Of a DNA stretch of 64,000 nt, positions 63,251-64,000 are shown in pieces (position 1 is the stretch's first letter; each line of letters opens with the position of its first letter). Location: contig OZ024744.1 in NCBI GenBank assembly GCA_964016885.1, positions 81,344,001-81,408,000 of the forward strand, read 5' to 3'. The position numbers and the translations under genes are program-made. The stretch comes from Eledone cirrhosa (taxonomy: Eukaryota). A model generated the notes under the pieces. It was not told the origin of the DNA. It worked only from the letters and a program-made list of their open reading frames with translations, and did no database searches.

Positions 63251-64000
63251 GCACTGTCATGCTTGGGTACTTTCCATTCTGGCGTTGTTTCTACCTCCAG
63301 ATGCTCTTCCTTACACTAACAACTTTGCAGTGTACTTGGGTGCATTTTATTGTGGCACTAACACTAGTAAAGTTGTCATGCCTTTGATGTGACTGAGAAG
63401 GTCTCCGAGTCCTTTTTAGCATAGTTTTTACTGGTAAATGTATTTCCTAACAGCAACCACTTTACAGAGTATAGTGGATGTATTTTATTATGCCACCAAA
63501 CCTCGTACCATCTAAGACTAAAGATTCCTCACTACTCAACAGTGTCTCCCTTCGTTCAAGTTCGATATGACCAATAGGGTGAAAAGAAGAGAGTGTTGAC
63601 AGGAGGAAGCTGCTAGATGTAACTGAATGCTTGGGGTGTGGGGATGATAGAGGAATGACTGATAGAAGTGAGAGACTGGTGGCAGTTACATGTTTGCTTA
63701 GGAGAGATAGTTTTTGAGTTGTGGGTGTTAATGAATGGGTGGCGATAGTGAGAGAGTTGGCTGCACAGAAAGGGTGATGGTACAGTGTAAAGTGGCATTG
63801 AAGCTACGGTATGATGTATCAAATACAAATAAATCCACTGCAATCACAAAAGAGATGCAGAGTAATAAGAACTGTGGTAGGGGTGGGTTTGAATACAGGC
63901 AGACCCAATGCAATCCATTTTTTTACTAGTGGCATGGTACAAAAAACAGGAAAGTGGGAGATAATCAGAGTGATGAGTGTTGGTCAATTTCATTGACATC

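Overview
AT-rich, repeat-dense animal genomic DNA. The SINE families, RTE LINEs and huge (TA/CA)n tracts point to an octopus or other coleoid cephalopod (inference). The only host coding sequence I can support is coding exon 1 of WDR20 (minus strand, 61324-61076). Everything to its left is nominally intron 1, interrupted by a 200-N gap at 50924-51123. The rest is RTE-clade LINE copies (some with a PHD-type finger inside the RT region), several tRNA-derived SINE families, TTAA-flanked piggyBac-type MITEs and microsatellites. The main signal is a set of self-cleaving-ribozyme motifs. A near-identical 310-bp tandem array at 47226-50010 is inserted in a microsatellite and inverts midway. Each unit is highly structured and carries a type I hammerhead motif with a long stem I and an atypical G17, as expected of a non-LTR retrozyme/circRNA-like element. 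There is also a fully canonical minimal hammerhead at about 46.3 kb, several degenerate Penelope-type hammerheads (some in outward-facing inverted pairs) and an HDV-like fold at the 5' edge of an RTE-like element at about 39.6 kb. All calls were made by eye, with no searches or folding programs. Boundaries of old repeats are approximate.
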